62,858 bases of DNA, filler included, from Choristocarpus tenellus KU-1152 (GCA_964200185.2; 8 parts of 8 records of this genome joined end to end with filler, not necessarily neighbours in it), one strand, 5' to 3'; shown: positions 24,775 through 38,904, numbered from the whole stretch's first letter. A program made the numbers and translations. Notes: generated from the letters alone by a model not told the origin.

Positions 24775-27700
24775 CTTGTCCAGAGCCATAGCCCTTGCCT
24801 CCACCTCCCCTCCCCCCCCCCCTCCACCCCCAGGCCTGCCAGTACCTCCCACTGCTGCACTGGCCCCCTCTACCTGGAAATGTATTCGTCGTCGGAAGCC
24901 TTTCTTGGGCAAGCCCGCTCCCTTGTGAGCTGTTTCAGGAGGGTGGTTGGAGGCCTTGTGCGTTGGAGCTGTCTTCATCAGCTTACGCTCCCGTTTCACC
25001 TATATTTTTATATATATTAATATTATTATTAACATTGTTAGTAGTATCGTATTAGAAGAATTACAGAGAGAGACAGAGAGAGCCAGTGTCATTTGGTGAA
25101 AGAAAAATAGTTCATACAGTAATAGTATAGTAAAATGGCAATACTACTAGTAGTGTAAGAAACTAATGTTACACCAACATTGGAGCAGGTCATGATACAT
25201 CAATTCTCACATGCATTCAGACAATAAAAAAACTCTTTTCTATGTTTCTTTTTTTCAACACACACCTTACACGCCGTCTCATCTAATAAAAAAACTCTTT
25301 ACATGCCATCTCATCTCAATAAAATGTAATCAAAAACACAAATTTAACTCCCCCCATAATACCCCCCCACCCTTTAATCATGTACTCTTCTTCCCTACAC
25401 AAAAAATCCAACAATTTATCAGAATGACATCATCTTCTTGATCACTCAGGTTTCCAACAGCCCAGTAGGCATTAACACTTGTCCCAGTTACAGTTGACAA
25501 TTCCATGCCTAAACTGAATCTCTTCCTTGCACCTGATAAAAAAAAATACATTGTTAAAATACAAAATACATTGTATGTTAAGACGTACGCCATACCCGCC
25601 ATACCCACTACAACCTCACTACAGGCTCAGAGTATACGTGCAATGGATAGTAATTGATTGGACTTAATGGAATATTTTGTTGACTATTTTCTTAGCATAA
25701 AACTACAATTTTACTATTAATGCTACCTGTCTATATTGTGTAGTCCTCTTAGTCCCTAGTAAATTGATGAACATATGTGCGCTTACATCACTCTAAGTGC
25801 ATATAGCCGGTGCTACATACACAAAATATTTCACGTCTAGCTCGATAACAAATTCAAATTCAAATTATCTGTAAGGGAGTGCCAATACTTCCAAGGTGAT
25901 CAAAGTACATGTCCCTCTTGTCTATGAATGATATAACTTCCATTATCATAACCAGTACTTAGCATCTTACTCTGTAAGCAAAGCTACAAGGTCATTATGG
26001 TGCCATAGTCCCACACCACAGCCTTCTTCAAACACCACCACACCCCTCTAACCTAACACACAACCCCCTCTCCCCATTTACCAAAAGCCTTCAACAACCT
26101 TAACCCTAACAATATAACTTGGGTACTAATAGCACAAGTCTTGATCCAGGTCCCAGTGCGGTTCTGACCTGTACACATATACTTACATGTAACCCCAATG
26201 AAGGTGTAAGGAGTAACACTACATGCAAAAACAATAAAAAAATGAAAACAATATTTCTAAGACTTGAAAAAAAAGATTGACCCCAATACAACCTTCAGAA
26301 AGAAAGAAAAAAAAGGCTTCCAAAAACCACCAAAAGGTAACCATACAGTACTTCACAAATATAATAAAAAAATAACCACTACCAGCCACAAACAGTCATT
26401 GGCACTATGGTACCAGTCCAGTACTCAGTACTCTTATTAACACAAAGTAAAGGGTTGTACCTCTCTAAAGGTACCAGTCCAGTACTCAGTACTCTTACTA
26501 ACACAAAGTAAAGGGTTGTACCTCTCTAAAGGTATCAGTACAGTACTCAGTACTCTTACTAACACAAAGTAAAGGGTCGCACCTCTCTAAAGACTAAGAG
26601 TTCAAGTACTGCTGCAGCACATGGTCTGCGCATCCCCTTGGTAGCACAGCATGTGGAGAGGAGAGTGAGACCATGATCAAAAGAAGGGGTATACCCTAAA
26701 TAGTGACCAAGTATCTGACACAACACAACAGACAAAAGGGCGAGGAGAAGGGAGGGGAAGGTTTGAGGGGGGGGTGGGGGGGAGCAGTGGACAGCATGTT
26801 GATTCTGTTGGAGGGGTATTGAGGTATTGAGGTAATGAGGTTGGACGCTCACGGGCAGAGGACACCACTACGGGACTGTTGGGAGAACACCATCAATCAT
26901 CAATCATCAATCATCAATGGGTATTGTGAAGAGTCAGTAAAGTAAAACAAAAAAGTGACAACTATTTCAAACAAGAAACATTAATCAAGAAAAACTTGTA
27001 TCACAACCAAGTTCACTGAAACACACACACACACACACACAAACATATGTAATATTGCTGATACCAATGGGGAATGCATTGATCCAATCCACCTCAGCAG
27101 CAGGATAAACATCAACATAATAGTCCACATAATAGTATCACACCACTGAAATAAAACAGAAAAATAAAAGCAACCCTATGAAACTGTTGAAACAACTACC
27201 AAAACAAACGCCCTCCACCCCTCCCCCCCCCCGAACTCCACCCATCATTCACCAACCTTAATCAAATTCTTGGGCATGAGAGATGTCCCCACATGCATCA
27301 GTGCAACAACAAAGTTAACATGGTGCAGATACGCCTCCCATGAACTCCCAGCGTACAAAACCGGTACTGAATCCTCAATCAAAGTTTTGATTGAATCTCT
27401 CCGATTTACCACCTCGCCCCCGCCCCCGCCCCCACCCCCACCCCCATCCCCACCTCCTGCCCCCCCAGCCTCTCCCTCTCCCCCCTTCCCAGGAACACCA
27501 ACACAACTTGTTGAAGGCACCCCCCCTGACCCATTCTTTGGGTTAGGGTTAATACTCGAGTTAGCTGCAGGGGGTGTTGGACCTGGTGCTGAAGTGGGCG
27601 TCGGACCTTTCTTACCAAAAAACAAGTTCTGGAACATTTTCACCCCACCAACGCCTTCCATGGGACCTTTCTTGGATGTTTTAGAATCCAGATCAGTTGC

Positions 27701-30700
27701 CTGAGAGTGCAAGGAGAGGGAAGCGCCACAAAATATGGTAAAGGATGTATTGATGTATTCGATGTTTAAAATTATAGTAATCACAGCGAATGGGTGAAAG
27801 GTTGATGGCTGAAAGGTCGATGCTCCTTCAAAAATTCTAATCAGTGGAAGGAGTAGAGGAGATTGGATACCTCAAAAACAGTTGGTATAAAGGGATAGGG
27901 AGAGGGGGGGGGGGGCATTAATTGCTCAAGTAAAGGTAATAGGAATACATATTATGAGTACTAAAAGTATAGTATAATACTAATCCTATTTAAATCGTTG
28001 TTTACATAATAAACAAAAACCCATCTCCAAAGATCAAGATGTTCCAAATATGCTGCAATAAGCAAAATATGTTCTCCTTTCTCTATTACATACAATTATA
28101 CTTAAAGGCTAGCTGAAGCTGAGGCTGTAGAGCCTGGAGATAGGGACAGGATAACCTCTTGTAGTACACAGCCCTCATGATTGCCATAATTATTAATTAT
28201 TATTAATGTTCAATATACACTAACTAAAATGGACTTCAGTCCCACAAACCACCAAGGAAGGACCCTCACCCTAACCCTAAGGATTTGCACAGAAGTGAAA
28301 GAGTATCATCCTCTCTAACCAATCCAAATTCAACGTGGCAATCATCGATGCACTACTTTATTCCTTAATTGACACATAGAGTAGTCACAAGAAGTCGAAT
28401 ATATTCTTCATTTTAAAAAGAACAAAAGACAACTAAATCTTCAACAAAAAAAATCAAACATTTTGAAAAGCCCCTAGTAAAGAAATGTACAGCTATTGAA
28501 TACATTGCATAAAAGTATCAGCCCTACCCCAACACAAACTATTGATAGAAAAAAAAATCAAAGAGAGCGGAATAGATGCAACTGGATGTAAAGATCAACA
28601 TATGGTGTGAGAGGAGGCACAAAATCAAAACATCCCAACCAACATATTTGTTACTTCGTGTATATGTGAAAGGATTATCAAATTAGGCCATTAGATCAGT
28701 CCATTAAATTAGATCATCAGATTAAAACTGAAGAAGGGGCACATGTGACACCTACCTTGAGGAGCCAGTGTGAGTGCTTGATGACCTTTCGAATAGTGGC
28801 TGCAGCCTTCATCATATGCCCTGCCATGAGATGCATCGCCACCTTCACTAGCTGGACCTCCAGATCAATCAGCAATGCCTGTGAAGTATTAACATCAACA
28901 CCAATATATCAATACAGATATCAACACAATACCACTATTTTAGTATCCTTATTACTAGAATCAGCATACTACTCTCAACAAAACTATGTAACAAAGATAG
29001 TGCTAATACCAACATAGCCTACACCAATTACAACAAACGCCTTCCTGCCTTAAGTTAAGAATCAAGCTCAGTACCCATGGCTACAGGAAAACACAACTAA
29101 AATGAAATTATTTATGCAATGCAGACACCAACCAGTTAAAAAAGAGAAAAAAAAATCAATACTCACATGCAATATCTAAAAAAAAAACACACAAAAAAGT
29201 CACAACCTCACACCATACCATACAATACAAAAAATACCATACTGTACCACACTACTATATTATATTTTACTAGAACCTATACCCTAATGTACAATACTAC
29301 ACTGTACCTGGTGAGCCAGAGTAGGTCGCCCTGTGGTACATTTTTGGTGTCCCCCCTCAAGGTCACCTAAATTACCTGTTTCCTTTCCATCCTTAGCCTG
29401 TCCCTGATGGGTGACACGGAACAAGAAATAAAGAAACATGTGACAGGCACAGGCGAGGACAGTCACATTCTCATCTTTACAACAAATCTGATCCTGTTTT
29501 TTTTTAAATAACAAAAACATCAATTTGCAGAATAAATTATCATTTTATGTTTATGTGGAAATATATATAATTATATATATATATACCTATGGACGTATGT
29601 AAATTGTTCTGAAACACCAATAAGTAGAACAGTAACTACCTTGAGGTACATGCGTATACATATACCAATATCATATAAAACATACACCTACATATGTGCA
29701 CATGTTTAGGTATCCGTAGTGATGCAACCTATATACATGCAAACGTATGTAGGTGCCAGGTTACTTGGAGCATGTAGTGTGATGTGTATGTGTGTACACA
29801 AATTATGTGTTTCATGTTCACATGTGTATGTATGAATTACAGGCAGGTAGGTAAACACCCGAGCTTATCAAAACACAACATTGAAAATTATGTTCAAAGT
29901 GTGTGTATGTGTACTACACACTACGTACACATATATATGTATATATAACAGCGGTGGTGTGATCAGCAGGGTATACCAATACACGGGGACAACAGCACAT
30001 GACCCTAACCCTAACCCTAACGTCCATAGAAGAGCAAAAATAAATGATAAAAATAACTCACCAAAAAATATTCATACAAAAAAAAGAACACACTGTGTAT
30101 CATGAACCTGTATATACACTTAATGACTATCAATAAAATACATGGAATAAAATACATACAACAAGAGGACAACACCCAACACTCACAACACTGCCAAGTA
30201 CACACATAAACTCCTTCACCTCCCCCTCCCCTCCTCTCCCTCCAAAAACGCAATCAATTCACTTCACCCCCCACTCCCTTCAACTGCCGCTTATTTTTCT
30301 TCTCAAGTTAAAAAAAAAATTGAGTATGCATTCTATGTATATAATCTATCTTACATTCTATCCATATATTCTACGCATACAATCTATCATACAATCTATC
30401 CTACATTCTACCTATAAAATCCATCATACAATCCATCATACAATCTATCTTACATTCTACCTATACAATCCATCTTACATTCTACCTATACAATCTATCA
30501 TACATTCTACCTATAAAATCCATCATACAATCCATCATACCATTGCTAGTTTTCGCTCCTCCTCAGCAGTAATAAATAGCTTTTCAGAAATCTCCTCTCG
30601 GAGGGCTGTTCGATTCTGAGATGTTGGTAGAGCCAGTTCCAATGCCGCTGTCACCGCTACACAAGCAGCAAGAGTGTCCTCGTTGGCACTGGACGATACT

Positions 30701-30753
30701 GAGAGGAGGGTTTGGAGCATCAATGCCTCCGCCTGTACAAGCTTTGCCCACAA
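24775..30753 (-). CDS. TTC39/IML2-like (DUF3808) protein, internal fragment; exons 30753-30541, 28878-28756, 27700-27257, 26714-26583, probably 24999-24775
   Basis: Phase-0 GT-AG exons. ALLIDLEVQLVKVAMHLMAGHMMKAAATIRK and VNFVVALMHVGTSLMPKNLIK|ILGHYLGYTPSFDHGLTLL...GMRRPCAAAVL parallel the TTC39 motifs (SLLPxxxxKLLxxxGFSGDRxxGLxLL...R). Confidence 0.6.
26409..26591. repeat. 61-bp tandem repeat x3 overlapping an exon/intron junction
   Basis: Units start at 26409, 26470 and 26531: GGTACCAGTCCAGTACTCAGTACTCTTA(T/C)TAACACAAAGTAAAGGGTTGTACCTCTCTAAA. Confidence 0.95.
30340..30540. repeat. Degenerate ~12-bp-unit minisatellite at an intron 5' end
   Basis: ATCCATCATACA, ATCTATCTTACA and TTCTACCTATAA units running directly up to the splice donor. 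Confidence 0.85.
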
Positions 30754-30851
30754 CTGACCAAGCCACATTCAAGCAGCATGTCACATAATGGAAGGGAGTG
30801 TTTGTAGATTGGACAGTGGGGGGGGGGGGGGGGGGGGGGGCCGGGGGACAG

Positions 30852-30951
30852 NNNNNNNNNNNNNNNNNNNNNNNNNNNNNNNNNNNNNNNNNNNNTTAAT
30901 TAATTAANNNNNNNNNNNNNNNNNNNNNNNNNNNNNNNNNNNNNNNNNNNN
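30852..30951. other. Artificial contig spacer
   Basis: N44-TTAATTAATTAA-N44. Confidence 0.99.
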
Positions 30952-31974
30952 CCCTTCCCCCCGAGAGTCCTTTGCCCTCCTCAACACTGCCCAACTGTCC
31001 CCCCCACGCCCAAACTCAGGGTACACAGCTTGTGCTTTATATGGAACTATCGTGCTTCTTCAGTCCTGAATCACAGGTTACAGGTCAGTGGCAAGGACTT
31101 ACGAGGAGAGGTGTTGCATCATCCCTGCCACCATGTAGCTCTTCTGGGGACTACGCATGATTGACAACCTCCAACTGTGGCTACCAAAAACGCACAAACT
31201 TTCCAAGGTATTATCAACTTTCTGCTACAGGTAGCCACCGTAGGAGATACAGTCCATCACCCACAGCCTCCAAAAGGCGGCATGCATTCCCCACACAATC
31301 AAGAGGGTGACACACTCCACGCCTGCTTCCAATTCCCCACAATCAACCGGACCTACAGTACACCACTTCCCCACTAACACTCCTTGGACTCGGAAGCTTG
31401 TTCTCATGCAGCAACAGCCTAATCCAACCCAGGGCAGTACCTTCTACCTCACCAACTAAACATCTCCCATCAGTGCAGTAACCACATCAAAGGGTATACA
31501 CAAGAGCTGATTACACTACAGGGATGCAGGTATTTTTAGCTCAGTATGGTACCAGCTAAAAGGGAAATCTGCTGCGGCAAAGCCTCCACACAACAGAAAA
31601 CCTGCAAAAGAGTTTCCTTTTCAGCACCCAGAAGTGCAGACAGAAGTCTTGTGTGGTATGTACCTTGATACACACAAACACATACACAAATAATATATCA
31701 ATATCTCTATATGCATGTGTATGAGGCCACTTGATTGGATAGTCTAATGATGTTCCTCCTCAGGCTGTTTACTTTTCTTTTCCATCCCTGGAACTTCCCA
31801 CTAGTCCTTCCACGCCTAAGCAAAGAGGTCTCATAGAACCACCCTACTATTCACAGCATAAGCAGCTGAGACTGAATAACCAACCATGTACTGCACTGCA
31901 ATACAGGTAAGTCGATGTACACGGCGATACAGGTATGCAATTACGACTACAAATACCACGCATTTCTAATGTAC

Positions 31975-34900
31975 CTGCATCAGCTGTGTCTTCTCTGCAT
32001 ACGACGCAGAAAGAGCACGATGCTCCTCCTCAATCTTAGCAACCCCGGCCTGGATAAGAGCAACTAGAGCAGGAAGGCGTTGACGGACTGCGTACTTGGC
32101 GAAATCCCACTCGAAGTGCTGCAAGTATGTCTTTGCCGACACCGTTCCCACCTTTTTTTTTTTTGGAAGCAAGTAAGCAAGCAAGCAAGCAGAAGCGAAA
32201 GAGTCACACTTGATTCACTTGCATCGATCACACGATTTATTTTTCATAAATGTCTTGGTTTTCACTGCAAAAGGCGTGAGTCTTTGTGTGTGTGTGTGTG
32301 CGTGTGTGTGTGTGTAGAGGAGGCGCGCACGTGCAAGCTCTTACTCTAAGAATTGGGCAGACAGGGGTTGGAATGAAGAATCAGATATTCAAATAAAAAA
32401 AGAAAAGGACTGAGGGAGGGGGGGGGGGAGAGATGCGTAACAGGATCTAAGGACGTCATTAGCAAGGATGGTGTGTAAGGCGGTGGGATAATTACGGAGC
32501 GCTATATGTGCACCTCTTGGATGTGCACAAATCATGGGGGAGATAGAAGACAACATATGAACGAAAGATGGGAACTAGTTTGTACATCTTCAAGGTGGTC
32601 CAAGAAAAGTTTACAGTTGGGACCCACTCTTGTCACAAAAGACAATACACCAAGAATTCAGTGATAAAGATCAATCAGCAATGGCATGGCGATGAGCATT
32701 GCCTCCCTTCCTTGACACACATCTCCTTCAGCGGTGTAAGGACCCATGAAAAGAGCCAGCAAGAAACCAAATGTGCAGATTGCGTCAATCAAGACAGAGT
32801 AAAAAAGCACCTTCGACCATACAAAAAATAAAACATTAATTTATCACTGAAAACCTAGATAGCGGTGCGCGGAACATGATCTGGAGTAGGGTGAGCAGCT
32901 AGCAGCTCAAAGGCGGATACGTTTACCGCTCAAAAAACAAACACTACATTAGCTTAAGTCCTTGTGACACATGTCGTATACCAGCACACACTTCTCCAAA
33001 GCCAACCTGAATGAGGAAGTGAGCCTCAATGATTAGATCACTGCAAAGGCAGATCATATTAGGGAGGGATTTTACCACATGAAACATCATATGGGAGGGT
33101 AACAATCCTGTCAGGCAGAGGACTGGGAGATACGAAGATGTGAAGTACACACACGCCACACTCTTCAGCGCATGAGCAGTTCACACACAACCTTGAGAGG
33201 GAGGGACTCTGAGACACCAAACCCTCCAAGGAAATTATTGAGGAGTCTCAGGAGATGGAGTATCAACAGCAGCTGTACATGCTCCTAGAGAAAGCAGCAC
33301 GATATTTGCGAAATTTCACAATATTTGCGAACACTGGAACAACAAGAAAGGGAGTAAAAACAACTCCATTTATGTAGAGGGACTACATAGAAGGTTATGT
33401 GCATTTGCTCTGAGTGGTGTTGACAGTGAGGGTGTACTAGCTACATACATGGCTACAATGGGTGGTATGGGTGGGAAAGAGAAGCAGAATCACGGAGACC
33501 AGTCAGCACTGCACAACAAGGGGCATCAACAGCATTTGAGTACAGTTGCTGCCCAGAGGTGAAAGGACTTCAAATACACAAAACATAGACATAGGCATGA
33601 GACTTATCACAACGCAGGAGAAATACAGGGTATAAGAACAAACACACTAAGCAAAGCAACACAAAACAATGAGAACAACGGGGCCCCAGTCCAAGCAGCA
33701 GGCATGAGAAGCACAATATGGCACAACACAACACAATACAAAATACGAGGAACGATACATGACAGGGAAACAAAAACACAAATGTGTACACATATGAAAA
33801 AAATGCAAAAGCGTAAAAGCAAACCTTGAGCTCTTCACCAGCATCTCCGTCCACCTCAGCATACTGCTTCTCAATCTTCCGCACCATGTTCTCCACCAGC
33901 ATGTCAACACGGACCAACTCATCCGACAGTGACATCAGGGAGTTTAGCGTCCCGACCTACAGCATCCATAATATGGAGGGGATATTTATGGTGTCTAAAA
34001 ACAAGGGATGTGTCCGAGGTTGATAGCAGACAGTACAGGAGGGCTTGGGGGAAGCGGTGCTTGGAAAATGAAGGGAAATCCATCCTGGTCAGAAATTTGA
34101 ATTGTTGAATGAAGGATCACCTCATACACGAAATTGCAATGCTGATGCAAAGTGTCACAGCTTTGTCCTTTTGGAATCCCCTGCTGCTGATCCCACAAAC
34201 TGACTCAAACAAAACTGAAATGAAGACATTTTTACACATCAAAACAAAAACAGAAACTCTGCCCAGAAAAAGGGGTGAGGGGGAAATGAGACAGGGATTG
34301 CACTACCCTGCTCCCCCATCTTTCGCAAAAGTGCTATGCTGTAGGCTGCAAGCACACAAGGCTCTTCTGACCTGCAGAGGGGGTATGTCCATCTTGAAGA
34401 TTTGTGCACCATTCTTCACTGAAGAGTCAGATATTTTGCGGAACACCTATCATCAGATGTTACCAGCAGAATGCACAAAAAAACAGTGAGCTCATATTTC
34501 GAATAAATGAGCGGAGGTCAGAAACATGGAGTAGCTATAGAGCAGGCCAAGGAGAGCACAATAGGGTCAATGTGATGTGGGAGGTGGTAGTAACATGGAC
34601 CATTGAGCAGATGATTAAGAGAATCGGGCAGGTCCAATTAATATAAAAAGAATTAGCTTCGAGGGGTTCAGCCTGGGCGTCGTCTGCATCATCGAGTGAC
34701 ATGACGCCTGAACGGTACCAGGCATGGAGACCACGAACAAGGAAGCACTTCTATTCGACACCTGTCACAGCACTTCCAAGACATTGTGAAGAAAGCTGAC
34801 TACTCAGTAATGCGGGGTTGCAGTACTACATTTCGGGCTAAGGATCAAATCTTGCGCATACAATCGGCCAGTGGGGTCCTAGGCAGTCAACAGACTATCA

Positions 34901-35099
34901 AACCAACACGTTGCATGTCGATAAAATAGAAAGAGAGGGCGACTTTCACAAGTCTCTAATTTCACGATACAATTATCTCCCCACTCCTTAAGTTTTTCTC
35001 GGTGTAAGCAATGAGCACTTATCACACACAGGATACCTGGCCCGCAGGGCGACCCTCATTGGGTAGCGTCACTATCCAGTACGACCCTTGAGACGACAT
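31975..35099 (-). CDS. ATP6V1C: V-type H+-ATPase subunit C, 5' part (exons 35099-35037, 34446-34372, 33956-33825, 32151-31975); 3' end lost at the contig break
   Basis: MSSQGSYWIVTLPNEG...IFKMDIPPLQ|VGTLNSLMSLSDELVRVD...YLQHFEWDFAKY matches the subunit C signatures (VGTLDxLxxLSDxL; FxWDxAKY). All introns are phase 0. Confidence 0.93.
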
Positions 35100-35950
35100 C
35101 GTTCCTTGCTACTGTGTCTCAGCAGATCAGCTGCCAACACGACGAGACGGTGTGAGGGGAAGGCTTGGTCAATATTACTATCGTATTTCTGATTCAAAAC
35201 AAAAACAAATACTTGCATCCCTTGGAAAAGTTGCACCTGTGTCACTGTACCCACTCAGAGGTGACCGACTTCGGTTCAGTTTTGAAACCTGAACCCCAGC
35301 CTTGAAGTCAAAGGTTCTTCATTTCCTCCATAACTCTATCTATCCCACACCACCATCTGGTGCAATCTCAACCTCATAAGTGCCCATCCACAGTAATATC
35401 AGACCTTCGACGAAAGTCTCGATCAAATGCTCACCCTGTTCTGGTTGTTCCTTGTGTTGTCTTCCTATCGTAGTACCGTCCCTCAGCGTTTCCCTTTATC
35501 CCTGAGGGTTAAACCTTTACACTGATCAGAATTCTGAGATCGCAGATAGATATATTCCCCGTCGCTACCAAGGGAGAGGGGCAGGCCTGCTGTTCACAAC
35601 AAGGCAATCCTGTACTTAACGAAGGTAAATGCAATCACTTTGTCCTCACCGCGCGCTAGGCGCGCATTAGAATGTGAAACAATATCGAATAACCCTCTAA
35701 TCTGTTCACTGATACTCTAGTGTTGATTTTACTCAGTCATTTAACTCTCCAGTAGTTCTTCCGTCCTTGATCCTCGCTCAGGAAGATGAGCATGTTTGGT
35801 GGGTCATTAATCCACTTACATATATGACCCTCATCGGTGCCCACTTCTCTGTAGATAGGTCATTTAGTAGGGATTTGTTTATTTTGTTGCACTGTTTTGC
35901 CTCCTACCCTCCTCAATGCCCTACCTCCCGCTTATCTATCTCGCAAACAG

Positions 35951-36763
35951 ACGATGATGACTTTGAGGTTTTCGATGAGGAGACTTCAAGGAAGATTGAG
36001 AAGGAGCATGCCAAGGACATGGAAGACGCCGTCCGCTCTATAGGTGCGGTGTAACTCGCATTCTGCATTCCATACCGATGTTTTCTTGTGTAGGTTGTAT
36101 AACCTTACATGTAACCATCAACCTCCAATGATTGTACGCCGCCCAGGAATGCGGAAGATGGGGTTAACGACCACCCAGTGCGAGATTAAGGAGACATCTG
36201 GGAGCCAAAAATTGCGAGATAGACTCGCTTCAATGTTGCCCTGGAAAACACAATCTGTAGAAGCTTCAACTGCACTTCCACCTCCTGTACCGGACGTAGT
36301 CCCACTGTCTGCGATACATGCAACACCTTCACTGCAGCCTACAGCAGTGTTGGAAGAATCGGCAATGGATTCCCTGCATCGGGTACCACCAGATCTTCCG
36401 GTGCGTGCATTCGAAGTTCGGGAGGATTCCTTGGGGCCTCCAGTTATAGGGCAAGTAGTCGTACTCGACGGATCATGCTACGTGTGGGCAGGGGTAGAGG
36501 GGGCTGCTGGAGGGGATACACAGGGGGCACTGGCTGTTGCGATTGGTATGCGTTTCACGGATGGACCAGCTTCAACGGCACTGTTGCCAGGGGGAGAGGG
36601 AGAGGCAGTAAGCTTAGGGATGTCGCAGCGACTTTCAAAGAGGACAGGGAAGATGGTGTTCTGCAGCTGCAACTTGCCAAAAGATTGTAGGGAGCTTGTC
36701 GCCATTGTGGAGCGCCGGGTGATCGACATTCTCGCCAAGGAATCCTCAGAGCAGAAAACATGA
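35951..36763 (+). CDS. PSMG4: Proteasome assembly chaperone 4 (PAC4) domain protein (domain ~36365-36763), possibly with an N-terminal extension
   Basis: SCYVWAG...GALAVAIG...PASTALL...SLGMSQRLSKRTGKMVFCSCNLP is the PAC4 pattern. Candidate upstream exon 35951-36043 splices in frame to 36147. Confidence 0.8.
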
Positions 36764-37262
36764 TCAAGTGGGTGGATGAATGATGCATCCATAGTACCTT
36801 TTTGTATTCAAGTACACAAGAGTAGTGAGGAATGAGGACTCAAAAATGTTGCAATTCTGACCACGGACTAGAAGCATGTGTAGAAGGATAGCAAAATAAT
36901 GTAATATTCGGGGAGGAAATGCAACAAGTTGTGAAGGTGGAAGTAGTATACTACGTGGAACACGAATAGGTAGCCCCAACTCATGGCACAAATACTTTGA
37001 GAAACCTCTGAGAATCCCATGTACAGGTATTGAAAAGACAGGCCCAAACATTTTATTTTGTTTCTTGAAAAGGAATACAAAGTGGGCAACGTCTGCAACG
37101 CAGGGTGACCTCTCGGTACACACCACAAAGAATTAAATGTTGACCCCGCCCCCAAGGGGGCCAGGAAGTCATGATACAATAATAATATGAACAAAAAATT
37201 CCAAACAAAATCTTACACCTATTTCAAAAGCAAAATCGCCCTTGTCAATCGTAGATTGCACT

Positions 37263-38433
37263 TTAAAGGTCCTTGGTGTTGCGATTTGCATGACTTGGAG
37301 ATCTTGCGTCCCCATTGTGGGATGTGCCAATGTCCTCAACTTCAGGATAAGGCTTGAATGACCCCATAACCCAATCCCACAGAACAGTGTACTGCCCGTA
37401 GTTGCTTTCAGGGTACCAGTGGTGGACATCATGGTACCGCACCTGCATGTGGGGCATATGCCGAAACACTAGTGAGTTTTTCTGCTTGTCAATATGCTGC
37501 GGAAATCAACGGATATCTTCAAGCATTGGTACCCTTGTATTTGAAGAGCTCCAAAGGGGAAAAATGGCTTAAATCCTAACACAATAAGGATCTACGGAGG
37601 TCTAACATAGAAGGAGAAGTGGTTGTGCGTTGCATAGCAACAACTAAAGTGACAACTCCCGTCAAATATGATGTAGCACCAACAAACGACCCACCATTAG
37701 ATCGGGGGAGATGCAAGCATAGGGCAAAGCACACCTGATAGATTCCTGGAATCCGGAGATCAAACCGAGTATGGTTGAGTGATGCAAGGAAGCCCCCCAC
37801 AACGATGAAGAAGGCAACTGCAGCAACATGAACAGTTACGATGTAGGCGGAGACAAGATGTATCGCCAGGAGGTGATTGTATTCCCCGGAGATGAACTCA
37901 AACGGGTGGACGTTCACGGCGTCAGCATTCCCTCTAGATGGCGCCTTCTGTCGGTGATGGTGCTTGTGTACGTACTTGTAGATGCTCCTTAGGTGCAGCA
38001 CCCGGTGGAACACCGTATAGAAGAAATCGTACACAACGAAAAGTGCTAGTACGGCGAACACGCCGTTCCAAAGGTCTAACTCTGATAGAGACCAACCTAG
38101 CCTTGCGCCCCAGGGGGCATTCCACAAATATTTTATGCCATGATAAGTGAAGAGGGAGGTTGTAAGCCTGTTGAAATATATAAAAGCTACGTCCAAAGGC
38201 TCCAATGTGTCGAGATGCTTGCCTCTCATCGTGATGCTCTTGACTCCCGATGCTCGACCCACTACGTGCACAAGCGTTGCCAAAATCTCCATCCCTAGAA
38301 GTATTAACACGGTCCATGCCACATAGTGCCACCAAATCCATGTCTGCGCATTGTGAAGGGCGAACGCAGTCCCACCTGCTCCCCTCAGCAATACTTCCAT
38401 CCCTAGGCATCTCGGCACCAATGCCAATGACAT
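37263..38433 (-). CDS. Sterol desaturase / fatty acid hydroxylase superfamily membrane protein, 2 exons (38433-37735, 37442-37263)
   Basis: His boxes HRVLH, HKHHH and HDVHH; HPFE motif; YDFFY; NYGQYTVLWDWVMGSF; several TM segments. Confidence 0.9.
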
Positions 38434-38904
38434 CGCTGACAAACAAGCTCAGGGAATACTATCCAGCGGTCGAAATGCACCAGCTCCTCTTTCCGAAAAA
38501 TTTCTCCCTCTAGGGTGGGAGAACAGGGTCCACTCTACAAGTATTCCTCCTGAAGGTCTTTCACAATCAAGTGAGGCAACTACAAATAGAACCTAGTGAG
38601 GTGGTTCTTCAAAATTCTGTACCACAGAGTGCCACAGATTAAGGCTTGTGGGCCAAGCAAGACGTAAAGTTAAATCTAAACTCACAACAACAATCTTTCA
38701 ATTGAGAAATATTATGGTTTGTCAACATAACGGTTTATATCAGTCCAAAATCCATAACTATTCATAGTCTGACTATATTATCCTGGTGTGTGGTCGAACA
38801 GAAGAGAGTGAGAAAGTACAAGGTTTTGAAAGAGGATCACCCTGTAAACCCCCTGTGCACCGCACCACTAACTTGAGGACTCATTCTCTCTGTGCCACAG
38901 AATA

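Noticed and set aside
26409-26591. CRISPR-like array
   Set aside because: The units repeat in full with no unique spacers, the context is a eukaryotic intron, and there are no cas genes.
27270-27704. Proline-rich ORF on the plus strand
   Set aside because: Antisense of the Gly-rich exon in the TTC39-like gene.
29570-29950. Alternating purine-pyrimidine tract and (CA)n/(GT)n microsatellites
   Set aside because: Ordinary intronic low-complexity sequence with no further structure seen.
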